DNA of 64,000 nt from Heterodontus francisci (lineage: Eukaryota), in NCBI RefSeq assembly GCF_036365525.1, contig NC_090413.1:7130001-7194000 (forward strand), given 5' to 3'. Each line of letters opens with the position of its first letter. Within the stretch, counting starts at the first letter, position 1. Made by a program: the position numbers and the translations under genes. Below the pieces are notes generated by a model, which saw nothing but the letters and a program-made list of their open reading frames with translations, had not been told where the DNA came from and ran no database searches. Below, piece by piece: positions 1-16,280 of this stretch.

Positions 1-3000
1 CAATGTGATACGATACAATGTGATACGACACAATGTGATACGACACAATGTTATACGACTCAATGTGATACGAAACAATGTGATACGACACAATGTGATA
101 CGATACAATGTGATACGATACGACGTGATACGACACAGTGTGATACGACACAATGTGATACGATACGACGTGATACGACACAATGTGATACGATACGACG
201 TGATACGACACAATGTTATACGACACAATGTGATACGATACGACGTGATACGACACAATGTGATACGACACAATGTGATACGATACGACGTGATACGACA
301 CAATGTTATACGACTCAATGTGATACGACACAATGTGATACGACACAATGTGATATGACACAATGTGATACGACACAATGTGATACGACACAATGTGATA
401 TGACACAATGTGATATGACACAATGTTATACGACACAATGTGATACGATACGACGTGATACGACACAATGTGATAAGACTCAATGTGATACGACACAATG
501 TGATACGATACGACGTGATACGACACAATGTTATACGACTCAATGTGATACGACACAATGTGATACGACACAATGTGATACGATACGACATGATACGACA
601 CAATGTGATAAGACTCAATGTGATACGACACAATGTGATACGATACGACGTGATACGACACAATGTTATACGACTCAATGTGATACGACACAATGTGATA
701 CGACACAATGTGATACGATACGACGTGATACGACACAATGTGATAAGACTCAATGTGATACGACACAATGTGATACGATACGACGTGATACGACACAATG
801 TGATAAGACTCAATGTGATACGACACAATGTGATACGATACGACGTGATACGACACAATGTGATACGACACAATGTGATACGATACGACGTGATACGACA
901 CAATGTGATACGACACAATGTGATACGATATGACGTGATACGACACAATGTGATACGACACAATGTGATACGATATGACGTGATACGACACAATGTGATA
1001 CGACACAATGTGATACGACACAATGTGATATGACTCAATGTGATACGACACAATGTGATACGACACAATGTGATACGATACAACGTGATACGACACAATG
1101 TGATACGACACAATGTGATACGACACAATGTGATACGACACAATGTGATATGACTCAATGTGATACGACACAATGTGATACGACACAATGTGATACGATA
1201 CGACGTGATACGACACAATGTGATACGATACAATGTGATACGACACAATGTGATACGATACGACGTGATACGACTCAATGTGATACGACACAATGTGATA
1301 ATATGCGACGTGATATGACACAATGTTATACGACTCAATGTGATACGACACAATGTGATACGACACAATGTGATACGACACAATGTGATACGATACGACG
1401 TGATACGACACAATGTGATACGACACAATGTGATACGATACAATGTGATACGACACAATGTGATACGATATGACGTGATACGACACAATGTGATACGATA
1501 CAATGTGATACGACACAATGTGATACGATACGACGTGATACGACACAATGTGATACGATACAATGTGATACGACACAATGTGATACGATACGACGTGATA
1601 CTACTCAATGTTATACGACTCAATGTGATACGACACAATGTGATACGATACGACGTGATACGACACAATGTGATACGATACAATGTGATACGACACAATG
1701 TGATAATATGCGACGTGATACGACACAATGTTATACGACTCAATGTGATACGACACAATGTGATACGATACGACGTGATACGACACAACGTGATACGACA
1801 CAACGTGATATGACACAATGTGATACGACACAATGTGATATGACACAATGTGATACGACACAATGTGATACGACTCAATGTGATACGACACAATGTGATA
1901 CGACACAATGTGATATGACACAATGTGATACGACACAATGTGATACGACACAATGTGATACGACACAATGTTATACGACTCAATGTGATACGAAACAATG
2001 TGATACGACACACTGTGATACGACACAATGTGATACGATACGACGTGATACGACATAATGTTATACGACTCAATGTGATACGATACGACGTGATACGACA
2101 CAATGTGATACGACACAATGTGATACGATACGACGTGATACGACATAATGTTATACGACTCAATGTGATACGACACAATGTGATACGATACGACGTGATA
2201 CGACACAATATTATACGACTCAATGTGATACGACACAATGTGATACGACACAATGTGATACGACACAATGTGATACGATACGACGTGATACGACACAATG
2301 TGATACGACTCAATGTGATACGACACAATGTGATACGATACGACGTGATACGACACAATGTTATACGACACAATGTGATACGATACGGCGTGATACGACA
2401 CAATGTGATACGACACAATGTGATACGATACGACGTGATACAACACAATGTGATACGATACGACGTGATACGACACAATGTGATACGACACAATGTGATA
2501 CGACACAATGTGATACGACACAATGTGATACGACACAATGTGATATGACACAATGTGATACGATACGACGTGATACGACACAATGTGATACGACACAATG
2601 TGATACGACACAATGTGATATGACTCAATGTGATACGACACAATGTGATACGACACAATGTGATATGACTCAATGTGATACGACACAATGTGATACGACA
2701 CAATGTGATACGACACAATGTGATACGATACGATGTGATACGACTCAATGTGATACGACACAATGTGATACGACACAATGTGATACGATACGATGTGATA
2801 CGACTCAATGTGATACGACACAATGTGATACGATGCGACATGATACGACACAATGTTATACGACTCAATGTGATACGACACAATGTGATACGATACGACG
2901 TGATACGACACAATGTGATACGACACAAAGTGATATGACACAATGTGATACGACACAATGTGATACGACACAATGTGATATGACACAATGTGATACGACA

Positions 3001-6000
3001 CAATCTTATACGACTCAATGTGATACGACACAATGTGATACGTCACAATGTGATACGACACAATGTGATATGACACAATGTGATATGACACAATGTGATA
3101 CGACTCAATGTGATACGACACAATGTGATACGACACAATGTTATACGACTCAATGTGATACGACACAATGTGATACGACACAATGTGATACGACACAATG
3201 TGATACGACACAATATGATACGACTCAATGTGATACGACACAATGTGATACGACACAATGTTATACGACTCAATGTGATACGACACAATGTGAAACGACA
3301 CAATGTGATACGACACAGTGTGATATGACTCAATGTGATACGACACAATGTGATACGACTCAATGTGATACGACACAATGTGATACGACACAATGTTATA
3401 CGACTCAATGTGATACGACTCAATGTGATACGACACAATGTGATACGACACAATGTGATACGATACAATGTGATATGATACGACGTGATACGACACAATG
3501 TGATACGACACAATGTGATACGACACAATGTGATACGACACAATGTGATACGACTCAATGTGATACGACACAATGTTATACGACACAATGTGATACGATA
3601 CAATGTGATACGATACGATGTGATACGATACGATGTGATACGACACGATGTGATATGACTCAATGTGATACGACACAATGTGATACGACACAATGTGATA
3701 TGACACAATGTGATACGACACAATGTGATACGATACAATGTGATACGATACGATGTGATACGATACGATGTGATACGACACGATGTGATACGACACAATG
3801 TGATACGACACAGTGTGATATGACACGATGTGATACGACACAATGTGATACGACACAGTGTGATACGACACAATGTGATATGACACAATGTGATACGACA
3901 CAATGTGATACGACACAATGTGATACGACACAATGTGATATGACACAATGTGATACGACACAATGTGATACGACACAATGTGATACGATACAATGTGATA
4001 CGATACGATGTGATACGATACGATGTGATATGACACGATGTGATACGACACAATGTGATACGACACAGTGTGATATGACACGATGTGATACGACACAATG
4101 TGATACGACACAGTGTGATACGACACAATGTGATACGACACAATGTGATACGACACAATGTGATACGACACAATGTGATACGACACAATGTGATACGACA
4201 CAATGTGATATGACACAATGTGATACGACACAATGTGATACGACACAATGTGATACGACTCAATGTGATACGACACAATGTTATACGACACAATGTGATA
4301 TGACACGCTGTGATACGACACAATGTGATGCGACACAATGTGATACGACACAATGTGATACGACACAATGTGATACGACACAATGTGATATGACACAATG
4401 TGATACGACACAATGTGATACGACACGATGTGATACGACACAATGTGATATGACACGATGTGATGCGACACAATGTGATACGACACAATGTGATATGACT
4501 CAATGTGATACGACACAATGTGATATGACACAATGTGATACGACACAATGTGATACGTGTGATGTGATACTTGCGATGTGATACGACACAATGTGATACG
4601 ACACGATGTTATGCGACACAATGTGATACGACACAATGTGATACGACACAATGTGATATGGTGCGATGTGAGATGACACAATGTGATACGACACAATGTG
4701 ATGCGACACAATGTGATACGACACAATGTGATACGACACAATGTGATACGGTGCGATGTGAGACGACACAATGTGATACGACACAATGTGATACGATACA
4801 ATGTGATACGATACGATGTGATACGATACGATGTGATACGACACGATGTGATACGACACAATGTGATACGACACAGTGTGATATGACACGATGTGATACG
4901 ACACAATGTGATACGACACAGTGTGATACGACACAATGTGACACGACACAATGTGATACGACACAATGTGATACGACACAATGTGATATGACACAATGTG
5001 ATACGACACAATGTGATATGACACAATGTGATACGACTCAATGTGATACGACACAATGTTATACGACACAATGTGATATGACACGATGTGATACGACACA
5101 ATGTGATGCGACACAATGTGATACGACACAATGTGATATGACACAATGTGATACGACACAATGTGATATGACACAATGTGATACGACACAATGTGATACG
5201 ACACGATGTGATACGACACAATGTGATATGACACGATGTGATGCGACACAATGTGATACGACACAATGTGATATGACTCAATGTGATACGACACAATGTG
5301 ATATGACACAATGTGATACGACACAATGTGATACGTGTGATGTGATACTTGCGATGTGATACGACACAATGTGATACGACACGATGTTATGCGACACAAT
5401 GTGATACGACACAATGTGATACGACACAATGTGATACGGTGCGATGTGAGACGACACAATGTGATACGACACAATGTGATGCGACACAATGTGATACGAC
5501 ACAATGTGATACGACACAATGTGATACGACACAATGTGATACGACACAATGTGATACGACTCAATGTGATACGACACAATGTGATACGACTCAATGTGAT
5601 ACGACACAATGTGATACGACACAATGTGATACGGTGCGATGTGATGCGACACAATGTGATACGACACGATGTGATATGACACAATGTGATACGACACAAT
5701 GTGATACGACTCAATGTGATACGACACAATGTGATACGACTCAATGTGATATGACACAATGTGATACGACACAATGTGATACGACACAATGTGATACGAC
5801 ACAATGTGATACGACTCAATGTGATACGACACAATGTGATACGACTCAATGTGATACGACACAATGTGATACGACACAATGTGATACGACACAATGTGAT
5901 ACGACTCAATGTGATACGACACAATGTGATATGACACAATGTCATACGATACGACGTGATACGACACAATGTGATACGACACAATGTGATACGACACAAT

Positions 6001-9000
6001 GTGATACGACACAATGTGATACGACACAATGTGATACGACTCAATGTGATACGACACAATGTGATATGACACAATGTGATACGATACGACGTGATATGAC
6101 TCAATGTGATACGACACAATGTGATACGACTCAATGTGATACGACACAATGTGATACGACACAATGTGATACGATACGACGTGATATGACTCAATGTGAT
6201 ACGACACAATGTGATACGACTCAATGTGATACGACACAATGTGATACGACACAATGTGATACGATACGACGTGATATGACTCAATGTGATACGACACAAT
6301 GTGATACGACACAATGTGATACGACACAATGTGATACGATACGACGTGATACGACACAATGTGATACGACACAATGTGATACGATGCGACATGATACGAC
6401 ACAATGTTATACGACTCAATGTGATACGACACAATGTGATACGATACGACGTGATACGACACAATGTGATACGACACAATGTGATATGACACAATGTGAT
6501 ACGACACAATGTGATACGACTCAATGTGATACGACACAATGTGATACGACACAATGTTATACGACTCAATGTGATACGACACAATGTGATACGACACAAT
6601 GTGATACGATGCGACATGATACGACACAATGTTATACGACTCAATGTGATACGACACAATGTGATACGATACGACGTGATACGACACAATGTGATACGAC
6701 ACAATGTGATATGACACAATGTGATACGACACAATGTGATACGACTCAATGTGATACGACACAATGTGATACGACACAATGTGATACGACACAGTGTGAT
6801 ATGACACAATGTGATACGACACAATGTGATACGATACGACGTGATACGGCACAATGTGATACGACACAATGTGATACGACACAATGTGATACGACACAAT
6901 GTGATACGACACAATGTGATACGACTCAATGTGATACGACACAATGTGATACGACACAATGTGATACGACTCAATGTGATACGACACAATGTGATACGAC
7001 ACAATGTGATACGACACAATGTTATACGACTCAATGTGATACGACACAATGTGATACGACACAATGTGATACGACACAATGTGATACGACACAATGTGAT
7101 ACGACTCAATGTGATACGACACAATGTGATATGACACAATGTGATACGATACGACGTGATATGACTCAATGTGATACGACACAATGTGATACGACTCAAT
7201 GTGATACGACACAATGTGATACGACACAATGTGATACGATACGACGTGATATGACTCAATGTGATACGACACAATGTGATACGACTCAATGTGATACGAC
7301 ACAATGTGATACGACACAATGTGATACGATACGACGTGATATGACTCAATGTGATACGACACAATGTGATACGACACAATGTGATACGATACGACGTGAT
7401 ACGACACAATGTGATACGACACAATGTGATACGATGCGACATGATACGACACAATGTTATACGACTCAATGTGATACGACACAATGTGATACGATACGAC
7501 GTGATATGACACAATGTGATACGACACAATGTGATATGACACAATGTGATACGACACAATGTGATACGACTCAATGTGATACGACACAATGTGATACGAC
7601 ACAATGTTATACGACTCAATGTGATACGACACAATGTGATACGACACAATGTGATACGATGCGACATGATACGACACAATGTTATACGACTCAATGTGAT
7701 ACGACACAATGTGATACGATACGACGTGATACGACACAATGTGATACGACACAATGTGATATGACACAATGTGATACGACACAATGTGATACGACTCAAT
7801 GTGATACGACTCAATGTGATACGACACAATGTTATACGACTCAATGTGATACGACACAATGTGATACGACACAATGTGATATGACACAGTGTGATATGAC
7901 ACAATGTGATACGACACAATGTGATACGATACGACGTGATACGGCACAATGTGATACGACACAATGTGATACGACACAATGTGATACGACACAATGTGAT
8001 ACGACACAATGTGATACGACACAATGTTATACGACTCAATGTGATACGACACAATGTGATACGACACAATGTGATACGACACAATGTTATACGACTCAAT
8101 GTGATCCGACACAATGTGATACGACACAATGTGATACGACACAATGTTATACGACTCAATGTGATACGACACAATGTGATACGACACAATGTGATACGAC
8201 ACAATGTGATACGACACAGTGTGATATGACACAATGTGATACGACACAATGTGATACGACACAATGTGATACGATACGACGTGATACGGCACAATGTGAT
8301 ACGACACAATGTGATACGACACAACGTGATACGACACAATGTGATACGACACAATGTTATACGACTCAATGTGATACGGCACAATGTGATACGACACAAT
8401 GTGATACGACACAATGTGATACGACTCAATGTGATACGACTCAATGTGATACGACAGAATGTGATACGACACAATGTGATACGATACAATGTGATATGAC
8501 TCAATGTGATACAACACAATGTGATACGTTGCGATGTGATACGACACAATGTGATATGACACAATGTAATACGGTGCGATGTGAGACGACACAATGTGAT
8601 ACGACACAATGTGATACGATACAATGTGATACGATACGACGTGATACGACACAATGTGATACGACACAATGTGATACGATAAAATGTGATACGATACGAC
8701 GTGATACGACACAATGTGATACGACACAATGTGATACGACACAATGTGATACGACACGATGTGATATGACACGATGTGATGCGACACGATGTGATACGAC
8801 ACAATGTGATACGACACAGTGTGATACGACACAGTGTGATACGACTCAATGTGATACGACAGAATGTGATACGACACAATGTGATACGATACAATGTGAT
8901 ATGACTCAATGTGATACGACACAATGTGATACGACACAATGTGATACGATACAATGTGATACGACACAATGTGATACGACACAATGTGATACGACACAAT

Positions 9001-12000
9001 GTGATATGACACAATGTGATACGACACAATGTGATACGACACAATGTGATACGATACAATGTGATACGATACGATGTGATACGATACGATGTGATACGAC
9101 ACGAGGTGATACGACACAATGTGATACGACACAGTGTGATATGACACGATGTGATACGACACAATGTGATACGACACAGTGTGATACGACACAATGTGAT
9201 ACGACACAATGTGATATGACACAATGTGATACGACACAATGTGATACGACACAATGTGATACGACACAATGTGATATGACACAATGTGATACGACACAAT
9301 GTGATACGACACAATGTGATACGACTCAATGTGATACGACACAATGTTATACGACACAATGTGATATGACACGCTGTGATACGACACAATGTGATGCGAC
9401 ACAATGTGATACGACACAATGTGATACGACACAATGTGATACGACACAATGTGATATGACACAATGTGATACGACACAATGTGATACGACACGATGTGAT
9501 ACGACACAATGTGATATGACACGATGTGATGCGACACAATGTGATACGACACAATGTGATATGACTCAATGTGATACGACACAATGTGATATGACACAAT
9601 GTGATACGACACAATGTGATACGTGTGATGTGATACTTGCGATGTGATACGACACAATGTGATACGACACGATGTTATGCGACACAATGTGATACGACAC
9701 AATGTGATATGACACAATGTGATATGGTGCGATGTGAGATGACACAATGTGATACGACACAATGTGATGCGACACAATGTGATACGGCACAATGTGATAC
9801 GACACAATGTGATACGGTGCGATGTGAGACGACACAATGTGATACGACACAATGTGATACGATACAATGTGATACGATACGATGTGATACGATACGATGT
9901 GATACGACACGATGTGATACGACACAATGTGATACGACACAGTGTGATATGACACGATGTGATACGACACAATGTGATACGACACAGTGTGATACGACAC
10001 AATGTGATACGACACAATGTGATACGACACAATGTGATACGACACAATGTGATATGACACAATGTGATACGACACAATGTGATATGACACAATGTGATAC
10101 GACTCAATGTGATACGACACAATGTTATACGACACAATGTGATATGACACGATGTGATACGACACAATGTGATGCGACACAATGTGATACGACACAATGT
10201 GATATGACACAATGTGATACGACACAATGTGATATGACACAATGTGATACGACACAATGTGATACGACACAATGTGATACGACACGATGTGATACGACAC
10301 AATGTGATATGACACGATGTGATGCGACACAATGTGATACGACACAATGTGATATGACTCAATGTGATACGACACAATGTGATATGACACAATGTGATAC
10401 GACACAATGTGATACGTGTGATGTGATACTTGCGATGTGATACGACACAATGTGATACGACACGATGTTATGCGACACAATGTGATACGACACAATGTGA
10501 TACGACACAATGTGATACGGTGCGATGTGAGACGACACAATGTGATACGACACAATGTGATGCGACACAATGTGATACGACACAATGTGATATGACACAA
10601 TGTGATACGACACAATGTGATACGACACAATGTGATACGACACAATGTGATACGACTCAATGTGATACGACACAATGTGATACGACTCAATGTGATACGA
10701 CACAATGTGATACGACACAATGTGATACGGTGCGATGTGATGCGACACAATGTGATACGACACGATGTGATATGACACAATGTGATACGACACAATGTGA
10801 TACGACTCAATGTGATACGACACAATGTGATACGACTCAATGTGATATGACACAATGTGATACGACACAATGTGATACGACACAATGTGATACGACACAA
10901 TGTGATACGACTCAATGTGATACGACACAATGTGATACGACACAATGTGATACGACTCAATGTGATACGACACAATGTGATACGACACAATGTGATACGA
11001 CACAATGTGATACGACTCAATGTGATACGACACAATGTGATATGACACAATGTCATACGATACGACGTGATACGACACAATGTGATACGACACAATGTGA
11101 TACGACACAATGTGATACGACACAATGTGATACGACACAATGTGATACGACTCAATGTGATACGACACAATGTGATATGACACAATGTGATACGATACGA
11201 CGTGATATGACTCAATGTGATACGACACAATGTGATACGACTCAATGTGATACGACACAATGTGATACGACACAATGTGATACGATACGACGTGATATGA
11301 CTCAATGTGATACGACACAATGTGATACGACTCAATGTGATACGACACAATGTGATACGACACAATGTGATACGATACGACGTGATATGACTCAATGTGA
11401 TACGACACAATGTGATACGACACAATGTGATACGACACAATGTGATACGATACGACGTGATACGACACAATGTGATACGACACAATGTGATACGATGCGA
11501 CATGATACGACACAATGTTATACGACTCAATGTGATACGACACAATGTGATACGATACGACGTGATACGACACAATGTGATACGACACAATGTGATATGA
11601 CACAATGTGATACGACACAATGTGATACGACTCAATGTGATACGACACAATGTGATACGACACAATGTTATACGACTCAATGTGATACGACACAATGTGA
11701 TACGACACAATGTGATACGATGCGACATGATACGACACAATGTTATACGACTCAATGTGATACGACACAATGTGATACGATACGACGTGATACGACACAA
11801 TGTGATACGACACAATGTGATATGACACAATGTGATACGACACAATGTGATACGACTCAATGTGATACGACACAATGTGATACGACACAATGTGATACGA
11901 CACAGTGTGCTATGACACAATGTGATACGACACAATGTGATACGATACGACGTGATACGGCACAATGTGATACGACACAATGTGATACGACACAATGTGA

Positions 12001-13935
12001 TACGACACAATGTGATACGACACAATGTGATACGACTCAATGTGATACGACACAATGTGATACGACACAATGTGATACGACACAATGTTATACGACTCAA
12101 TGTGATACGACACAATGTGATACGACACAATGTGATACGACACAATGTTATACGACTCAATGTGATACGACACAATGTGATACGACACAATGTGATACGA
12201 CACAATGTGATACGACACAATGTGATACGACTCAATGTGATACGACACAATGTGATATGACACAATGTGATACGATACGACGTGATATGACTCAATGTGA
12301 TACGACACAATGTGATACGACTCAATGTGATACGACACAATGTGATACGACACAATGTGATACGATACGACGTGATATGACTCAATGTGATACGACACAA
12401 TGTGATACGACTCAATGTGATACGACACAATGTGATACGACACAATGTGATACGATACGACGTGATATGACTCAATGTGATACGACACAATGTGATACGA
12501 CACAATGTGATACGATACGACGTGATACGACACAATGTGATACGACACAATGTGATACGATGCGACATGATACGACACAATGTTATACAACTCAATGTGA
12601 TACGACACAATGTGATACGATACGACGTGATATGACACAATGTGATACGACACAATGTGATATGACACAATGTGATACGACACAATGTGATACGACTCAA
12701 TGTGATACGACACAATGTGATACGACACAATGTTATACGACTCAATGTGATACGACACAATGTGATACGACACAATGTGATACGATGCGACGTGATACGG
12801 CACAATGTGATACGACACAATGTGATACGACACAATGTGATACGACTCAATGTGATACGACTCAATGTGATACGACACAATGTTATACGACTCAATGTGA
12901 TACGACACAATGTGATACGACACAATGTGATATGACACAGTGTGATATGACACAATGTGATACGACACAATGTGATACGATACGACGTGATACGGCACAA
13001 TGTGATACGACACAATGTGATACGACACAATGTGATACGACACAATGTGATACGACACAATGTTATACGACTCAATGTGATACGACACAATGTGATACGA
13101 CACAATGTGATACGACACAATGTTATACGACTCAATGTGATCCGACACAATGTGATACGACACAATGTGATACGACACAATGTTATACGACTCAATGTGA
13201 TACGACACAATGTGATACGACACAATGTGATACGACACAATGTGATACGACACAGTGTGATATGACACAATGTGATACGACACAATGTGATACGACACAA
13301 TGTGATACGATACGACGTGATACGGCACAATGTGATACGACACAATGTGATACGACACAACGTGATACGACACAATGTGATACGACACAATGTGATACGA
13401 CACAATGTTATACGACTCAATGTGATACGGCACAATGTGATACGACACAATGTGATACGACACAATGTGATACGACTCAATGTGATACGACTCAATGTGA
13501 TACGACAGAATGTGATACGACACAATGTGATACGATACAATGTGATATGACTCAATGTGATACAACACAATGTGATACGTTGCGATGTGATACGACACAA
13601 TGTGATATGACACAATGTGATACGGTGCGATGTGAGACGACACAATGTGATACGACACAATGTGATACGATACAATGTGATACGATACGACGTGATACGA
13701 CACAATGTGATACGACACAATGTGATACGATAAAATGTGATACGATACGACGTGATACGACACAATGTGATACGACACAATGTGATACGACACAATGTGA
13801 TACGACACGATGTGATATGACACGATGTGATGCGACACGATGTGATACGACACAATGTGATACGACACAGTGTGATACGACACAGTGTGATACGACTCAA
13901 TGTGATACGACACAGTGTGATACGACTCAATGTGA
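1..13935. repeat. 15-bp satellite (CAATGTGATACGACA)n, ~930 units, running off the left window edge
   Basis: Direct reading. The unit resolves into three related pentamers (GATAC/GACAC/AATGT). Recurrent variants are TATGAC, ACTCAA, TTATAC and GATACGACGT. Phase breaks occur at ~4555, 5333, 9621 and 10414. Confidence 0.98.
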
Positions 13936-14234
13936 GTCCCTCCCCGACTCCCATCCATGTTCCACACGGGTCTCTGCTGAAAAATACCACCTCAGTTCTC
14001 TCAACGCAACCACTGTGAAAGCTGCCGGCAGTCCTTTAAACCTGCTTCACTCAGGCACACTGCCGACTGCCATGTCCCACCTGTCATCCCTGATTGGGTG
14101 ACAATCCTGGAGGCGGGTTTTTAATTCGATGCTCTGGTAAGATTGGGCTGGAAATTTCGCCAATCACGAGTGTGGGTTACTGATCATAAAATGGCCCCAA
14201 CTTCTGAAAATAACGAAAGCAGCAAGATTGAGTT

Positions 14235-14531
14235 AGAATGCCCGGATCAGGACACAGAATGTCTAGACCAGGGGACAGAATGTCTAGACCAGGAGACAGA
14301 ATGTCTAGAGCAGGGGAAAGAATGTCTAGACCAGGAGACAGAATGTCTAGACCAGGAGACAGAATGTCTAGAGCAGGGGAAAGAATGTCTAGAGCAGGGG
14401 AAAGAATGTCTAGACCAGGAGACAGAATGTCTAGAGCAGGGGAAAGAATGTCTAGACCAGGAGACAGAATGTCTAGACCAGGAGACAGAATGTCTAGAGC
14501 AGGGGAAAGAATGCCTGTATCAGGAGACAGA
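14235..14531. repeat. 21-bp minisatellite (CCAGGAGACAGAATGTCTAGA)n, left half
   Basis: About 14 tandem 21-bp units, with variant GCAGGGGAAAGAATGTCTAGA. Same unit as 22627-22842. Confidence 0.95.
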
Positions 14532-14616
14532 GGCCAGGATTTTATGAGTCCCGCAATGTTCCGGAACAGCGTAATGTCCACTTCCACCATTTTTCTCGTT
14601 TCACACGCAATTTAAA

Positions 14617-15134
14617 ATAGAATCATTTAAAGAATCATTGAAAGTTTACGGCACAGAAAGAGGCCACTTGGCCTATCGTGCCTGACCCTGTGTAAACACT
14701 CACTGACCTCTGACCCTGTATAAACTATAACTGACCCTACAACCCTGACCCTGTATAAACATAGACTCAGAGAAACATTACGGCACAGAAAGAGGCCACT
14801 TGGCCCATCGTGTCTGTGCCGCTCGAAAAACAATCCACCCAGTCTAATCCCACCTTCAGGTCCGAAGCCCTGCAGATTACGGCACTTGAGGTGCATATCC
14901 AGACTCCTTTTGAATGAGTTGAGGGTTCCTGCTTGAACTACCCTTTGGTAGTGAGTTGCAGACCATCACCATCCTCTGGGTGAAAAACCTTTTCCTCATC
15001 TCCCCTCTGACCTTTCCCAATCACATTAAATCTATGCTCCTAGACACTGACCTCTCTGCTATGGTGAATAGACCCTTCACCTCCACTCTATTCAGGCCCC
15101 TCAAAGTTTGGACATTCCAATCAAATCTCCGCTC
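14617..15134 (-). mobile_element. CR1 LINE 3' fragment(s), with the 3' tail region present twice (~14640 and ~14775)
   Basis: CR1-type 3' UTR complement (CGGCACAGAAAGAGGCCACTTGGCC) and decayed ORF2 C-terminal coding on the minus strand (LRGLNRVEVKGLF). Confidence 0.7.
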
Positions 15135-15276
15135 AAAGAACAAAGAACAAAGAACAGTACAGCACAGGAACAGGCCATTCGGCCCTCCAAGCCTGCGCCG
15201 ATCTTGATGCCTGCCTAACCTAACACCTTCTGCACTTCCGGGGCCCATCTCCCTCTATTCCCTTTCTATTCATGTA

Positions 15277-15547
15277 ACCAGAGCTGGCGGGCAGCCATGA
15301 AGACGGAGCTAAAGTGTGGCGAGTCGAAGAGACTTAGTAGTTGGCAGGAAAAAAGACAGAGGCGCAAGGGGAGAGTCAACTGTGTAACAGCCCCGACAAA
15401 CAAATTTCTCTGCAGCACCTGTGGAAGAGCCTGTCACTATAGAATTGGCCTTTATAGCCACTCCAGGCGCTGCTTCACAAACCACTGACCACCTCCAGGC
15501 GCATATCCATTGTCTCTCGAGATAAGGAGGCCCAAAAGAAAAAGAAG
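15277..15547 (+). mobile_element. RTE-clade LINE, 5'-truncated 3' end
   Basis: ORF 15297-15488 ends in RQRRK...FLCSTCGRACHYRIGLYSHSRRC, the C-terminal zinc-finger motif typical of RTE ORF2. Short 3' UTR and AAG-rich tail. Flanked by a ~230-bp direct duplication. Confidence 0.8.
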
Positions 15548-15641
15548 AGACACTGACCTCTCTGCTATGGTGAATAGACCCTTCACCTCCACTCTATTCA
15601 GGCCCCTCAAAATTTTGTACATTCCAATCAAATCTCCGCTC

Positions 15642-15955
15642 AAAGAACAAAGAACAGTACAGCACAGGAACAGGCCATTCGGCCCTCCAAGCCTGCGCCG
15701 ATCTTGATGCCTGCCTAAACTAAAACCTTCTGCACTTCCGGGGCCCATATCCCTCTATTCCCTTTCTATTCATGTATTTGTCAAGATGTCTCTTTCGCTA
15801 TCGTATCTGCTTCCACCACCTCCCCCGGCAGCAAGTTCCAGGCACTCACCACCCTCTGTGTAAAGAACTTGCCTCGCACATCCCCTCTAAACTTTGCCCC
15901 TCGCACCTTAAACCTATGTCCCCTAGTAACTGACTCTTCCACCCTGGGAAAAAGC
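15642..15955 (-). mobile_element. CR1 LINE 3' fragment (its 3' end is duplicated at 15135-15276)
   Basis: (CAAAGAA)n tail. Minus-strand translation FPRVEESVTRGHRFKVRGAKFRGDVRGKFFTQRVVSAWNLLPGEVVEA matches the CR1 ORF2 C-terminus. Confidence 0.9.
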
Positions 15956-15962
15956 AATGACA

Positions 15963-16220
15963 TGACATCCTTAGGTGTCTCTGGCACTGCCTCTCTGGCA
16001 GTTGAAGGTAATTTGTCCTTGTTCTGAGGATGCGATGATGTGCCAGTGCCCGGCTTTGATAAGGCCATTCCTGGATGTTATCATTCGGAGCCTCCTTACC
16101 TTCCTATTCTGCCCGTTGCTGGCACTCAGGCAACATGAGTTGAGGGAAAAGAGCCCTCATTAGGCTCTCTCTTTGCTCTTCTTCCCATGGTACTATACAA
16201 AGTGGGTGTCTGAGACCCAT
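15963..16220 (-). pseudogene. Harbinger/HARBI1-like transposase N-terminal remnant
   Basis: One frame reads MGLRHP...QQRAE*EGKEAPNDNIQEWPYQSRALAHHRILRTRTNYLQLPERQCQRHLRMS. This resembles, from memory, the RVYRxRxxYLxLxExQCxRRLRxS motif of vertebrate Harbinger transposases. One in-frame stop, truncated, and located between the TIRs. Confidence 0.55.
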
Positions 16221-16280
16221 GTCGCTGTGGCTTTTCTGAACAATAAATAAGCAATTTAGCCCTCTGTTGCCAGTGAGCTG

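Noticed and set aside
1-14101. Very long ORFs (up to 1709 aa; TTQCD, RITLC and SYHIV repeats)
   Set aside because: They are an automatic result of a 15-bp unit lacking stops. Overlapping ORFs occur in several frames and on both strands, with no non-repetitive domain.
14143-14615. ECLDQET heptad-repeat ORF
   Set aside because: Translation of the 21-bp minisatellite; open in several frames and interrupted by a transposon.
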